64,000 bases of DNA, from the NCBI GenBank assembly GCA_034433375.1, contig DAOUAQ010000116.1:16442-80441 (forward strand), read 5' to 3'. This DNA comes from Anaerolineae bacterium. Lineage in GTDB: Bacteria > Chloroflexota > Anaerolineae > B4-G1 > SLSP01. This document shows positions 26,235 to 35,128 of this stretch, piece after piece. Each line of letters opens with the position of its first letter. The stretch's first letter is position 1. Under the pieces are notes generated by a model. It did not search any database. It was not told the DNA's origin and worked only from the letters and a program-made list of their open reading frames with translations. A program made the translations under genes and the position numbers.

Positions 26235-28743
26235 CAAATCAACGCAAGCCGGCGCGCCGCCAGACTCCATGCGCGAGGAAGCGGCTGCCCCGCTTCAACC
26301 GCAGGACCTTGAGGCGCGTTGCGCTTTCTTGCAACACTTGTTGGACCTCAACCCTAACTTCTTCTTCGTGCGCGACCGCGAAGGCCGCTTTGTCTTCGTC
26401 AACAAGGCGCTGGCCGACGCCTATGGCACCACCGTGGAGGCCATGATCGGGAAAACTGACGCCGATTTCAACGTGAATCCGAAGGAAGTGGACGCGATCC
26501 GGCGGGGCGATCTTGAGGTGATGGAGTCTTTACAGAACAGATTTATCCCTGAAAGTCCCATCTTGCGTCACGGGCGTTGGGTTCAGACGACCAAATTGCC
26601 GATTGTGGATGCGAATGGAGTGGCGCAGCAGGTGCTTGGCATCTCCAGCGACATCACCGAACGCATCCAGATGGAGGAGGCCATTCAGGCGTCGCTGGAA
26701 CGGCGCGGGCGTCAGGTGCAGACCTCCGCTGAAGTGGCCCAGGAAATCGCCGCAGCCACGGCGCTGGATGAACTGCTCCGGCGCGTCGTCACCCTGGTCA
26801 AAGAGCGTTTTGGCTACTATCACGCGCAAATCTTCCGCTATGATGCTGCCGCGCGGGTGATGCGCCTGGTGATCGGTTACGGCCTCGTCGGGCAGCGTAT
26901 GTTGGCGGCCGGCCATCACGTCGCCATGGGCCGGGGCGTAGTCGGCGCCGCCGCCGCGACCGGACAGCCTGTGCTGGCGACCGACGTCACCCGCGACCCC
27001 GACTGGGTTCCCAACACCTTCTTGCCGGGCACGCGCGGTGAATTGGCCGTCCCGATCAAACTGCGCGACCAGATTCTCGGTATTCTCGACGTGCAGAGCA
27101 ACATCACCAACGCCCTGACGACCGAAGACCAACTGCTGCTCGAAGGCTTGTGCGGGCAAATTGCCATCGCCATGCAAAGCACTCAACTGCTCGAATCGGC
27201 CAACACCTTCCGCCAGGTCATCGAATCCTCTGGACAGGGCATCTGTATGGCGACGTGGGGCGGGGCGCTGACCTATGCCAATCCGGCATACTGCGCCTTG
27301 CTCGGCGAGACCGATCTGGAGGCGCTGCTAGGCCAATCCTTCTTCGCCCATTATCCTGAAACTGTGCAGGCGCGACTGCGTGAAGAGATCATGCCCGTGG
27401 TGTTGGAGAAAGGGCAATGGCAGGGTGAACTGGCCTTACTCTCGGTCACGGGCAACGTGATCCCTACGCTTGAGATTCTGACCCTCGTATGTAACGAACA
27501 GGATGAGCCGCGTTATCTGACGCGCCAGGTCACCGATATTACCGCGCGCAAGGCGATGGAAGACGCCCTGACGATGGAACGCCAGTTACTCCACGCGCTG
27601 CTCGACAGCGTGCCGGATCACATCTACTTCAAGGATATGGAAAGCCGTTTCATTCGCATCAGCAGCGCCAACGCCGGCTGGCTCAGTCTCGCTGACCCGT
27701 CTCAGGCGGTAGGCAAGACAGACTTCGACTATTTTGGCGCCGAACATGCCGAGAAAGCCTACGCTGACGAACGGCTTATCCTTGTCTCCGGCCAACCTAT
27801 GCTCGACATGGAAGAAAAGGAGGTTTGGCCGGACGGCCACGAGACGTGGGTTTCTACCTCCAAGATGCCGCTGCGCGACGCCGAAGGGCGCATCATCGGC
27901 ACGTTCGGCATCTCGACCGACATCACGGCGCGCAAACTCGCCGAAATGGAGCGTGATCGGGCCTTGCGCGATATGGAGGTGCAGGCGCAGCAATTGACCG
28001 GCGTCGTGAACGACATGACACTCATCCAGAAGACAATGGCGGCTCTGACCGCGGCGCTTACGTTTGAGGAAGCCGTCCAGATCCTGTTGTCCTCCGTCGT
28101 CGCGGCAGTGGAGGCCGATCGGGTCAGCATGTTCCTGATTGACAACGAGCAGATGATTCGCGTCGGTTTGTATCCCTTCGATGAAACCCAACGCGCGCAG
28201 ATCGGCGAAGTGACGCCGCTGTCGAATTTCCCTTTGACCCGGCAGGTGGTTGAGACGCGCCGCCCCCTCGTCGTTGCCGGCGACGCGCCGCAACTTCAGG
28301 AGCACGCCCGGCGGGCTTTTGCCGCTTTTGGGATTGTCGCCCACGCGACTATCCCCTTGATCGGGCGCGCGGGCGTCTTGGGGACTTTGTCGGTCAATCT
28401 CATCACCTCTAAAAGCGCCTTCACCGATCACGATGTGCGGATGCTGCAAATGTTGGCCGATCAAACCGCCCTTGCCATCGAGAATATCCGGTTGTTGGAA
28501 CAGACGCGCGTGCGCGCTGAACGCGAGCGGCTGGTGCGCACAATCACCGACCGGATTCGGCGCGGCACCGACCGTGATGTGATTGTGCGCGCGACGCTGC
28601 AAGAACTGGTGCAGATGCTCGACGCTTCCAAGGCGGTGCTGCGTCTGGGCAACCGCGAGCGGCTGATGTCTGTGTTGGAAATGGACGCGTCGCCAGATGA
28701 ACATCTGATGCAGGGTGTGACGCCTGCGCTGGATGAAAACTGA
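26224..28743 (+). CDS. Soluble PAS, GAF, PAS, PAS, GAF sensor with a family-tail variant
   Basis: The ORF runs 26182..28743. The likely start is ATG 26224 ('MSRDKSTQ') with 'AAGGAGAAG' upstream. It overlaps the previous gene by 11 nt. PAS segments are 'LLDLNPNFFFVRDREGRFVFVNKALADAYG...GISSDITERIQMEEA' and 'LLHALLDSVPDHIYFKDMESRFIRISS...GISTDITARKLAE'. GAF motif 'LVKERFGYYHAQIFRYDAAARVMRLVIGYG...NTFLPGTRGELAVPIKLRDQILGILDVQS' is present. The tail is 'RAERERLVRTITDRIRRGTDRDVIVRATLQELVQMLDASKAVLRL'. Confidence 0.7.
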   Translation: MSRDKSTQAGAPPDSMREEAAAPLQPQDLEARCAFLQHLLDLNPNFFFVRDREGRFVFVNKALADAYGTTVEAMIGKTDADFNVNPKEVDAIRRGDLEVMESLQNRFIPESPILRHGRWVQTTKLPIVDANGVAQQVLGISSDITERIQMEEAIQASLERRGRQVQTSAEVAQEIAAATALDELLRRVVTLVKERFGYYHAQIFRYDAAARVMRLVIGYGLVGQRMLAAGHHVAMGRGVVGAAAATGQPVLATDVTRDPDWVPNTFLPGTRGELAVPIKLRDQILGILDVQSNITNALTTEDQLLLEGLCGQIAIAMQSTQLLESANTFRQVIESSGQGICMATWGGALTYANPAYCALLGETDLEALLGQSFFAHYPETVQARLREEIMPVVLEKGQWQGELALLSVTGNVIPTLEILTLVCNEQDEPRYLTRQVTDITARKAMEDALTMERQLLHALLDSVPDHIYFKDMESRFIRISSANAGWLSLADPSQAVGKTDFDYFGAEHAEKAYADERLILVSGQPMLDMEEKEVWPDGHETWVSTSKMPLRDAEGRIIGTFGISTDITARKLAEMERDRALRDMEVQAQQLTGVVNDMTLIQKTMAALTAALTFEEAVQILLSSVVAAVEADRVSMFLIDNEQMIRVGLYPFDETQRAQIGEVTPLSNFPLTRQVVETRRPLVVAGDAPQLQEHARRAFAAFGIVAHATIPLIGRAGVLGTLSVNLITSKSAFTDHDVRMLQMLADQTALAIENIRLLEQTRVRAERERLVRTITDRIRRGTDRDVIVRATLQELVQMLDASKAVLRLGNRERLMSVLEMDASPDEHLMQGVTPALDEN

Positions 28744-28779
28744 TGAGAAGTTTGTGGAGATACAGCAAGGAGACCTCCG

Positions 28780-29139
28780 ATGCCCTATCAAATGCAGATG
28801 CGTGAAGACGGTATTTTGCAGATCAGGTTTATTGGTGTGTTGGAAAGCGCCGATTTACCACAATTCATCAGCGAATTCAATCGCTACCTGGAAGCTGCCA
28901 CCCCAGAAAAACCACTGCGTACCTTGTCCAAGGCAGATCAGCCCGGCATGAAGTACTCTCCGGCGGTGCGCAAAGCCTTTGCCGACATGAATTCTGATCC
29001 GCGTTTGGGAAAGTCCGCGACTATTGGCGTGGATCGGTATACGCGCGTGCTGGCAGGATTTGTGTTGAAAGCGACCGGACGCGAAAACATCCGTTTTTTT
29101 GACGCTGAAGAACTGGCGGTGGCTTGGTTGTTATCCTAG
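28780..29139 (+). CDS. Small SpoIIAA-like/STAS-like (DUF3478-type) protein, first of a tandem pair
   Basis: 119 aa. RBS 'AAGGAGA' lies upstream. The sequence is 'GILQIRFIGVLESADLPQFISEF...ATIGVDRYTRVLAGFVLKATGRENIRFFDAEELAVAWL'. The C-terminal '...RFF-aEE-A--WL' ending is typical of SpoIIAA-like family members as I recall them. This is a family-level guess. Confidence 0.5.
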   Translation: MPYQMQMREDGILQIRFIGVLESADLPQFISEFNRYLEAATPEKPLRTLSKADQPGMKYSPAVRKAFADMNSDPRLGKSATIGVDRYTRVLAGFVLKATGRENIRFFDAEELAVAWLLS

Positions 29140-29147
29140 GGGGGACT

Positions 29148-29504
29148 ATGGCGCACCAATTGGGAATGGGTAGTGATGGCATTCTGCGGCTGATGTTCAT
29201 CGGCGATACGGACAAACTGGGCGCTGAAGCCTTGATCGCGGATTTTGGGCCATATCTGGCGCACGCGACGGCGGAGAACCCTCTGTGCATCTTGTGGGAC
29301 GATACCCGTGGCGGCAAAGCCTCTTCAGAAGTGCGTAAATTCTATGCCGACCTCAACCGTGATCCCCGTATAGGAAAAGTCGCCATTTTTGGCGCGAAAA
29401 ACTATGGCCGGGTCTTGGGTGAGTTTATCCTGAAATTCACCGGGCGCGACAATATCCGCTTCTTTAACGCGCAGGAACAGGCGCTTAGTTGGCTAAAAGA
29501 ATGA
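29148..29504 (+). CDS. Small SpoIIAA-like/STAS-like protein, second of the tandem pair (paralog of 28780..29139)
   Basis: The ORF runs 29124..29504. The paralog-consistent start is ATG 29148 ('MAHQLGMGSDGILRLMFIGDTD'). The sequence continues '...VAIFGAKNYGRVLGEFILKFTGRDNIRFFNAQEQALSWL'. It is ~40% identical to the upstream gene. Confidence 0.5.
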   Translation: MAHQLGMGSDGILRLMFIGDTDKLGAEALIADFGPYLAHATAENPLCILWDDTRGGKASSEVRKFYADLNRDPRIGKVAIFGAKNYGRVLGEFILKFTGRDNIRFFNAQEQALSWLKE

Positions 29505-29544
29505 CGGGCGTGCTTTTTGCGGGTGCAGAAAAAAAGGACTCTCT

Positions 29545-31890
29545 ATGACAGAGATCACATTGGAAGAATATAAGCAACTGGTCGAAACACAGGGGCATCA
29601 ACTCCTCACCGGCGTGCGTTCTGCGGCGATGGGCGACATGGATGTGGCGTGGGAAGTCCCTGAAGGCGTGCCCATACTCACTGCCCTGGCCGTCGGGATC
29701 GGGATGCTCATTGACGACATCCGCGACATGCGCGCCGTGCAGGAGCAGGCGCGTATGGTGGAGAACCAGAGTCGCGCATTGTTAGCCGTCGTGCAATCCG
29801 CAGCCCTGGGCGACTTTGATGTGGTTGTCGAAGTGCCCGAAGGCGTTGAGGAATTGTCGGAATTGGCCGTGGGCATTGATATGATGCTCGACGACATCCG
29901 TGACATGCTCGAAGCGCAGGAGCGTGCGCGCGCCGAGATCGAAATCTCCAAACAGCAACTCGAGGCGGCATTGGAAGAGATGCGCGCTACCCAACGCCGC
30001 TATATCCAACAAGAGTGGGCAGGTTACGCGGCGGCGGAGTCGGGTTACGCTTACGTCAGAGGCGTAGAGGAATTGCAGCCGGTCACAGATGATGCTCAGG
30101 CGCTGCGGTCAACGGCGCTTACGGACGCAGTGGCCCAGCGCGCCACGGTCGTCACGGAAGATGTCGCCGAAGGGCAGACACTCGCGTTGCCCATCGCATG
30201 GGCCGGTGAAACCATCGGCGTGCTCGGCCTCACCCGTCCGGCCGCCCACCCGTGGGGTGCCGACGAAATTGCGGCGGTCGAAGAAATCGTCGAGCAAGCC
30301 GGCTGGGCCTTGGAAAACCAACGACTCTTCGATGAAACGCAGCGCGCCCGCGCCCTTCTGAGCAAACAAATCCGCGAATTGGACTGTCTCAACGACATTG
30401 GCCGCCGGATCGCCGAATTTCCGGCGATCCCTGACCTGTTGCAATGGACGGCAGAACGGCTTCCCGCAGCTATGCAATACGCGGATGTGTGCGTCACGGC
30501 CATTGAATATGCCGGACGGTTTTATGGCACCATTGAAGCCATTGACCAGGCGCGCCAGATGGTCAGCGGCCTCCGCCTCGGTGATGAGCAAGTCGGTCGT
30601 ATTGTCGTAGCATACACTGAGGAGCACACATTTCTCGACGGGGAGAGCGCCCTGTTGGGTGATGTGAGCCGGCGTCTTACCGGCTACATCGAGAACCGCC
30701 AACTCCTTGAGCAGGCCGAGACGCGCGCTGTGCAGGAGCAAGCGTTGCTTGAAATCGCCGGCAAAATCGGGACGAGTGAAGACATGGAGGGCTTATTAAC
30801 CGTTCTTCCTGAAATTATCCCGCCGCTGCGTCATCTGGCTCCGGTGGATTTGATGTCGGTAGCGACGTATACCCCCGGCGAATCATCGTTAACGGTCTTT
30901 GCCGTGGCGGTGGAAACCGATGTCGCGCACTTCAGCCCGGCGGGAACGCGCCTGCCATTGGAAGGTTCCGCGCCCGGCTGGGTTATCACGCACAAACGAC
31001 CCTGGCTAGAAGCAGACATGCGGCGTAGGGTAACCTTCCCTGAGGATGCAGACTTGATAGCGGAAGGGGTCGTCTCGCGGCTTATTGTGCCCCTGCAATT
31101 CGGCGATCAACTGGTTGGTACGCTGAATATGGCGAGCCGGCAGCCGCGCGCATTCACTCAGGAGCGCATGGCGCTGTTAGGACAGGTCGCCAACCAATTG
31201 GCCCAAGCTATGGAACGCGCCCGTTTGCTGCAAAACACCCGCGCGGCGCTGGCGGCCGAAGCTGAAACGCGCCGCAGTTACGAGCGTCGGGAGTGGCAAA
31301 CATACCTGCAAGAGAACCGCAGACTTCGTCGGAATGCTTTCGTCTATGATGCCGCGACGAAATCAGGGGGGGGCCAGGGCCGGGTGGTTGTCCAGCCTGA
31401 TTTCTGGCGCCCGGAGATGCTGAAATCTTTACGCGAGTCCACCTTGGCGACGACTCACGATGTGGCAGACGATGCCGCGCCGACACACGGACAGCAGGCG
31501 GCCGCCACACCTCCAGCTGGAAAACGGATCGGAATGGCCGTTCCCATCGAGATGCGTGGTCAGGTGATCGGGGTGCTGGGCGTCGAAGACCCCGAAGGCA
31601 TGTGGCGCAGTTCTGCGGATCAGTTGGCCTTGATCCAATCTGTTGCGCAGCAGTTAGGCCAGGCGTTGGAAAGCGCGCGCTTGCTCGAGGCCACCCAACG
31701 CCGCGCCGCCCGCGAACAGCGCGCGCGCGAAATCACCGACACCATTCGCGCCGCGTCCACCATCGAGGATGCCGTGAAACGCGCCGTGCAGGAAATCGCG
31801 CGCGTTTTGAACGCCTCCGAAATGGTCGCCCGTCTGGGACCGGAAAACCTGTTGACGCCGCGTGAGGAGGGAGAGGCTAATGAACAATAG
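29545..31890 (+). CDS. Soluble tandem HAMP repeats, GAF domains and the family tail
   Basis: 781 aa. The N-terminus carries two ~50-aa repeats: 'AAMGDMDVAWEVPEGVPILTALAVGIGMLIDDIRDMRAVQEQAR' and 'AALGDFDVVVEVPEGVEELSELAVGIDMMLDDIRDMLEAQERAR'. GAF-like segments follow ('TLALPIAWAGETIGVLGLTRPAAHPWGADEIAAVEEIVEQAGWALENQRLFDETQRA'). The tail is 'QRRAAREQRAREITDTIRAASTIEDAVKRAVQEIARVLNASEMVARL'. Confidence 0.65.
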   Translation: MTEITLEEYKQLVETQGHQLLTGVRSAAMGDMDVAWEVPEGVPILTALAVGIGMLIDDIRDMRAVQEQARMVENQSRALLAVVQSAALGDFDVVVEVPEGVEELSELAVGIDMMLDDIRDMLEAQERARAEIEISKQQLEAALEEMRATQRRYIQQEWAGYAAAESGYAYVRGVEELQPVTDDAQALRSTALTDAVAQRATVVTEDVAEGQTLALPIAWAGETIGVLGLTRPAAHPWGADEIAAVEEIVEQAGWALENQRLFDETQRARALLSKQIRELDCLNDIGRRIAEFPAIPDLLQWTAERLPAAMQYADVCVTAIEYAGRFYGTIEAIDQARQMVSGLRLGDEQVGRIVVAYTEEHTFLDGESALLGDVSRRLTGYIENRQLLEQAETRAVQEQALLEIAGKIGTSEDMEGLLTVLPEIIPPLRHLAPVDLMSVATYTPGESSLTVFAVAVETDVAHFSPAGTRLPLEGSAPGWVITHKRPWLEADMRRRVTFPEDADLIAEGVVSRLIVPLQFGDQLVGTLNMASRQPRAFTQERMALLGQVANQLAQAMERARLLQNTRAALAAEAETRRSYERREWQTYLQENRRLRRNAFVYDAATKSGGGQGRVVVQPDFWRPEMLKSLRESTLATTHDVADDAAPTHGQQAAATPPAGKRIGMAVPIEMRGQVIGVLGVEDPEGMWRSSADQLALIQSVAQQLGQALESARLLEATQRRAAREQRAREITDTIRAASTIEDAVKRAVQEIARVLNASEMVARLGPENLLTPREEGEANEQ

Positions 31891-33283
31891 GGTACGAGAA
31901 TCAACCACCAATGTGCTCACGGGTAGCGTGTTGCTTGAAGATCAGTCGCGGCGCACTCGTCTTTTGCGCACTGTGGCATGGGTTGTTTTGCTGGCGTGTT
32001 CTGTGGCGCTGCTTGGTTATCTCATTGCTTTGTTTTCCATTCCCCACCTGCCCATTTCCGCGCTTGTTGCTGATGTGCTGGCGATACTGTCTATGCTCGC
32101 CGTGCTTGCCTTGCTCGCGCGCGGACACTTCGAGCGGGCGCTGCCACTCGCCATCGTGAGTTTGACCGTGCTTCTGTTTGTCGCCATGTATTTTCTCAAC
32201 GGGACGCGGGGCCCGGCGCTTTTACTGTCGCCGCTGATTATGCTCATTGCCGGTATCGTTGGTGAGCGACGCTATGCTCAACCTACCACCATCGTTCACG
32301 TCCTCGTGTATGTGATCTTTGTAATCCTGGAGGCTCTCGGCGTACTCACGCCTTATCAGATGTCGCCACAGAGTTCACGATTAGTCTGGATTGGGGTTTT
32401 CATTCTGACCGCTGCCATAATGGTCATGATTAACCGGCAATTTATCGCTTATCTGGCATTGGCCCTCTCTGCATCGCTGAAGCGCGAGGAATCATTGGCG
32501 GAAATGAGCCGGCGCGCGCAAGCGTTGGCTGACGCCGAGCGTGTAGCGCAAACGCAAGCGCAAGAAAACGCGCGGCAGCTTCAAGAAGTGGCGCAAGAAT
32601 ACGCCGCTTTCCTGGAGCGCATCGCCACCGGTGACTATAGTGCGTCGCTGAACCTGGGTTCGTTAGCCGAACGGCCCAACTTGCCGCAAGCGTTAATTAG
32701 TTTGGGAGAATACATCAATACGACGGTTGCCAGTCTGGTATCGGCGTTGGATGAAGCGCGGAGTGCCCAGCAGACCTACATGCGCCAATCCTGGCAGAGT
32801 TTGATGGAAACCGGGCGCGCACCCGGCGGGTATCGTTATCACGTGGATGAGGAGACTGAAACGTCGCGCCTGGAGATCGCCGAAAACGCCTGGCTGCCGC
32901 CGATGACCCAGGCGGTGCAATCCAAGCAGATCGCAGTCGGCAAGGAGGAGTTGGCGCTCCCCATCGCTTCAGGCACGCGGGCGCAACTCATCGGTGCGTT
33001 AGGGGTGCGCCGTACCCGGCAGGAAGAATGGAGCGAGGACGAACTGGCGCTGGTGACAACGGTGACTGACCAACTGGCGCAAACTCTGGAGAACCTGCGC
33101 CTGCTCGACGAGACAACGCGCCGCGCGGCGCGTGAACAGATGGCCGGTGAAATTACCGGCCACATCCGCGAAGCGGTGGAGATCGAAGAAGTTTTGGAGC
33201 GCGCGTTGAGCGAACTTGGACGCGCTCTGGCTGTCGAGCGCGGCGCGGTATATCTGACGCTGCAAGAACAGGGAAAAGTCTGA
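31880..33283 (+). CDS. Membrane protein (type B): TM segments, HAMP-like/coiled-coil region, short GAF-like domain and the family tail; paralog of 10858..12243
   Basis: The ORF runs 31862..33283. The likely start is ATG 31880 ('MNNRVRES') with 'GAGGAGGGAGAGG' upstream. It overlaps the previous gene by 11 nt. Shared motif 'LGEYINTTVASLVSALDEARSAQQTY' is present. The tail is 'TRRAAREQMAGEITGHIREAVEIEEVLERALSELGRALAVERGAVYL'. Confidence 0.65.
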   Translation: MNNRVRESTTNVLTGSVLLEDQSRRTRLLRTVAWVVLLACSVALLGYLIALFSIPHLPISALVADVLAILSMLAVLALLARGHFERALPLAIVSLTVLLFVAMYFLNGTRGPALLLSPLIMLIAGIVGERRYAQPTTIVHVLVYVIFVILEALGVLTPYQMSPQSSRLVWIGVFILTAAIMVMINRQFIAYLALALSASLKREESLAEMSRRAQALADAERVAQTQAQENARQLQEVAQEYAAFLERIATGDYSASLNLGSLAERPNLPQALISLGEYINTTVASLVSALDEARSAQQTYMRQSWQSLMETGRAPGGYRYHVDEETETSRLEIAENAWLPPMTQAVQSKQIAVGKEELALPIASGTRAQLIGALGVRRTRQEEWSEDELALVTTVTDQLAQTLENLRLLDETTRRAAREQMAGEITGHIREAVEIEEVLERALSELGRALAVERGAVYLTLQEQGKV

Positions 33284-33338
33284 GCTAAGCGACAATTTCG
33301 ATCTTGGCGCTAATAATGAGTGTGATAAGGATGCAACT

Positions 33339-35123
33339 ATGGTGAAATCGAAGACTGAACGACAGGCGGCTATAGCGGCAGCGTGGGAACGCTTTTTGAC
33401 CGTCAACGTCCCTGATGAAGAAGAGGCGCGACTGGGACGGCTGTTCTGCGTCATGATGGTACTGACGTTCGCGCTGTCGCTGTCACTCGTGTTGATCTTG
33501 GTGATTGCCACCTTGCGCGATCTGTTTCCTAGCCGGTTGATGGGCTGGTCGGCAACAGCCTTCCCGATGGTCTTCATCCCCCTGTCCATCTTTAGTTTTG
33601 CCCGCGCCAAACAAGGCTACGTCTCTTCCGTGGCCCAGTCATTTGTGTGGATCAACTTCATCGGCATAGCCCTGGCTGCGTTGATCTTTGATGGGATGAA
33701 CTCCCCAGGGTGGTTGCTCTTCTTCTGGCCGGTAACGTTAGCCGGGATGTTTTTAAGGCCGGTGAGTGGGCTACGCATGGCGTTCGGCGTGTTGATCTTT
33801 TACGGCGTGCTCGCGTTCCTGTGGACTACCGTCTTCAAGATCACGGTGCCCAGCTTTTCCTTTGATCTTTTTTACTTTCTGACCCGCGCCTTTGCCTTGT
33901 TGATGCTGGTAGCGACGGGCGGCTTTGTCAACTACCTGAACCTTCATAGTTCCTACCAAACCTTGAACCGTTCACGGCTTGTCAGCCAGGATTTACGCGG
34001 GACACAGCGCATGTTGGAGCGCCGGGTTGCCGAGCGCACCGACGAACTGGCGAAACGCGCCGGACAGTTTCGGACGATTGCTGAACTTAACCACGCCATC
34101 GCGTCCATTTCGGACATGCAATTACTGCTCGATACTGCCGTGAGTTTGATTGCCCAACGCTTGGGGTACGATCATGTGGGAATTTTCTTCGTTGATCCGC
34201 ACGGCGAGTGGGCTGTGCTGCGCGCCGCCTCCTCGGTGGGCGGACAGCGTATGCTGGCGCGCGGTCATCGGTTGCGCGTAGGCCGCCAGGGTATTGTGGG
34301 CTACGTCGCCGAGACGGGCCTGCCCCGGCTGGCCTTTAGCGTGGGCGAGGACGCCGTCTGGTTCAACAACCCCGATCTGCCGGATACCCAGTCAGAGGTG
34401 AGCTTGCCGTTGATTGCCCGTGGGCAGACGGTCCTCGGCGTGCTGGATATCCAGACGCACGTCAAAGCTGCCTTCACAGAGGAAGACGTGACCGTGCTGC
34501 GCATCCTGGCCGATGGGATCGCCGTTGCCGTGGCGAACTCGCTCTCTCTGGAAGAGACGACCCATGCGCTGGCGCGTCTGGAGCGTTATCAAGAACAGGA
34601 TGCCCTGCGCGCATGGCGTCAGGCATTGGCCCGGCGGCAGATGCGCGTAGGGTATGGCCTCGAATCTGGCTTTGTTTATCCGGCGGATGTGGAAGCCGCG
34701 TCGGAGATTGAGGCTGGTGAGTTGAGCGAAGTGACGACCCGCCTGACCGATGATGGGCGGCATCTCTTGCTGGCGCCAATTCGCGTCCAGAACCGCAATG
34801 TAGGCGTACTTTCCTTTGAGAAAACAGCGCCGTGGGCCGAGGACCAGCTTCAACTGGCGCAGTTCGTGGTTGAGCAATTGGACCTGGCGCTCGATAACGC
34901 GCGTCTGCTGGAAGAGACGCGGCTGCGCGCGAATCAAGAGCGCGCCCGGAGCGACATCGTGGGCCGCATCCGCGCGATGACCAGCACCGATGCGATTTTG
35001 CGGAACGCCGCGCGTGAGTTGGGTCTGGCGCTGCAAGTCGAACGCAGCCGCATCCAACTGCTGCCGCCGGGCGAGGGACGCCTGGGAAGTCCAGAGACGC
35101 CGCTGGCGCAGGGAGAGGCATAG
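33339..35123 (+). CDS. Membrane-anchored GAF sensor (type A) with the family tail
   Basis: 594 aa. ~6 TM segments are present. GAF motif 'LGYDHVGIFFVDPHGEWAVLRAASSVGGQRMLARGHRLRVGRQGIVGYVAETG...NPDLPDTQSEVSLPLIARGQTVLGVLDIQT' is present. The tail is 'RLRANQERARSDIVGRIRAMTSTDAILRNAARELGLALQVERSRIQL'. Confidence 0.7.
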   Translation: MVKSKTERQAAIAAAWERFLTVNVPDEEEARLGRLFCVMMVLTFALSLSLVLILVIATLRDLFPSRLMGWSATAFPMVFIPLSIFSFARAKQGYVSSVAQSFVWINFIGIALAALIFDGMNSPGWLLFFWPVTLAGMFLRPVSGLRMAFGVLIFYGVLAFLWTTVFKITVPSFSFDLFYFLTRAFALLMLVATGGFVNYLNLHSSYQTLNRSRLVSQDLRGTQRMLERRVAERTDELAKRAGQFRTIAELNHAIASISDMQLLLDTAVSLIAQRLGYDHVGIFFVDPHGEWAVLRAASSVGGQRMLARGHRLRVGRQGIVGYVAETGLPRLAFSVGEDAVWFNNPDLPDTQSEVSLPLIARGQTVLGVLDIQTHVKAAFTEEDVTVLRILADGIAVAVANSLSLEETTHALARLERYQEQDALRAWRQALARRQMRVGYGLESGFVYPADVEAASEIEAGELSEVTTRLTDDGRHLLLAPIRVQNRNVGVLSFEKTAPWAEDQLQLAQFVVEQLDLALDNARLLEETRLRANQERARSDIVGRIRAMTSTDAILRNAARELGLALQVERSRIQLLPPGEGRLGSPETPLAQGEA

Positions 35124-35128
35124 ACGAA

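Noticed and set aside
27586-28791. 401-aa ORF on the minus strand
   Set aside because: It is antisense to the PAS/GAF gene 26224..28743. The translation is low-complexity and Arg/His-rich. It is a shadow ORF created by GC3 codon bias of the sense gene.
33284-33338. Extra CTTGGCG copy ('gatcttggcgctaataatgag') before gene 33339 as part of the same regulatory motif family as 14087-14110
   Set aside because: It is a single heptamer occurrence in GC-rich DNA and is likely chance. It is reported only as context for the triple repeat.
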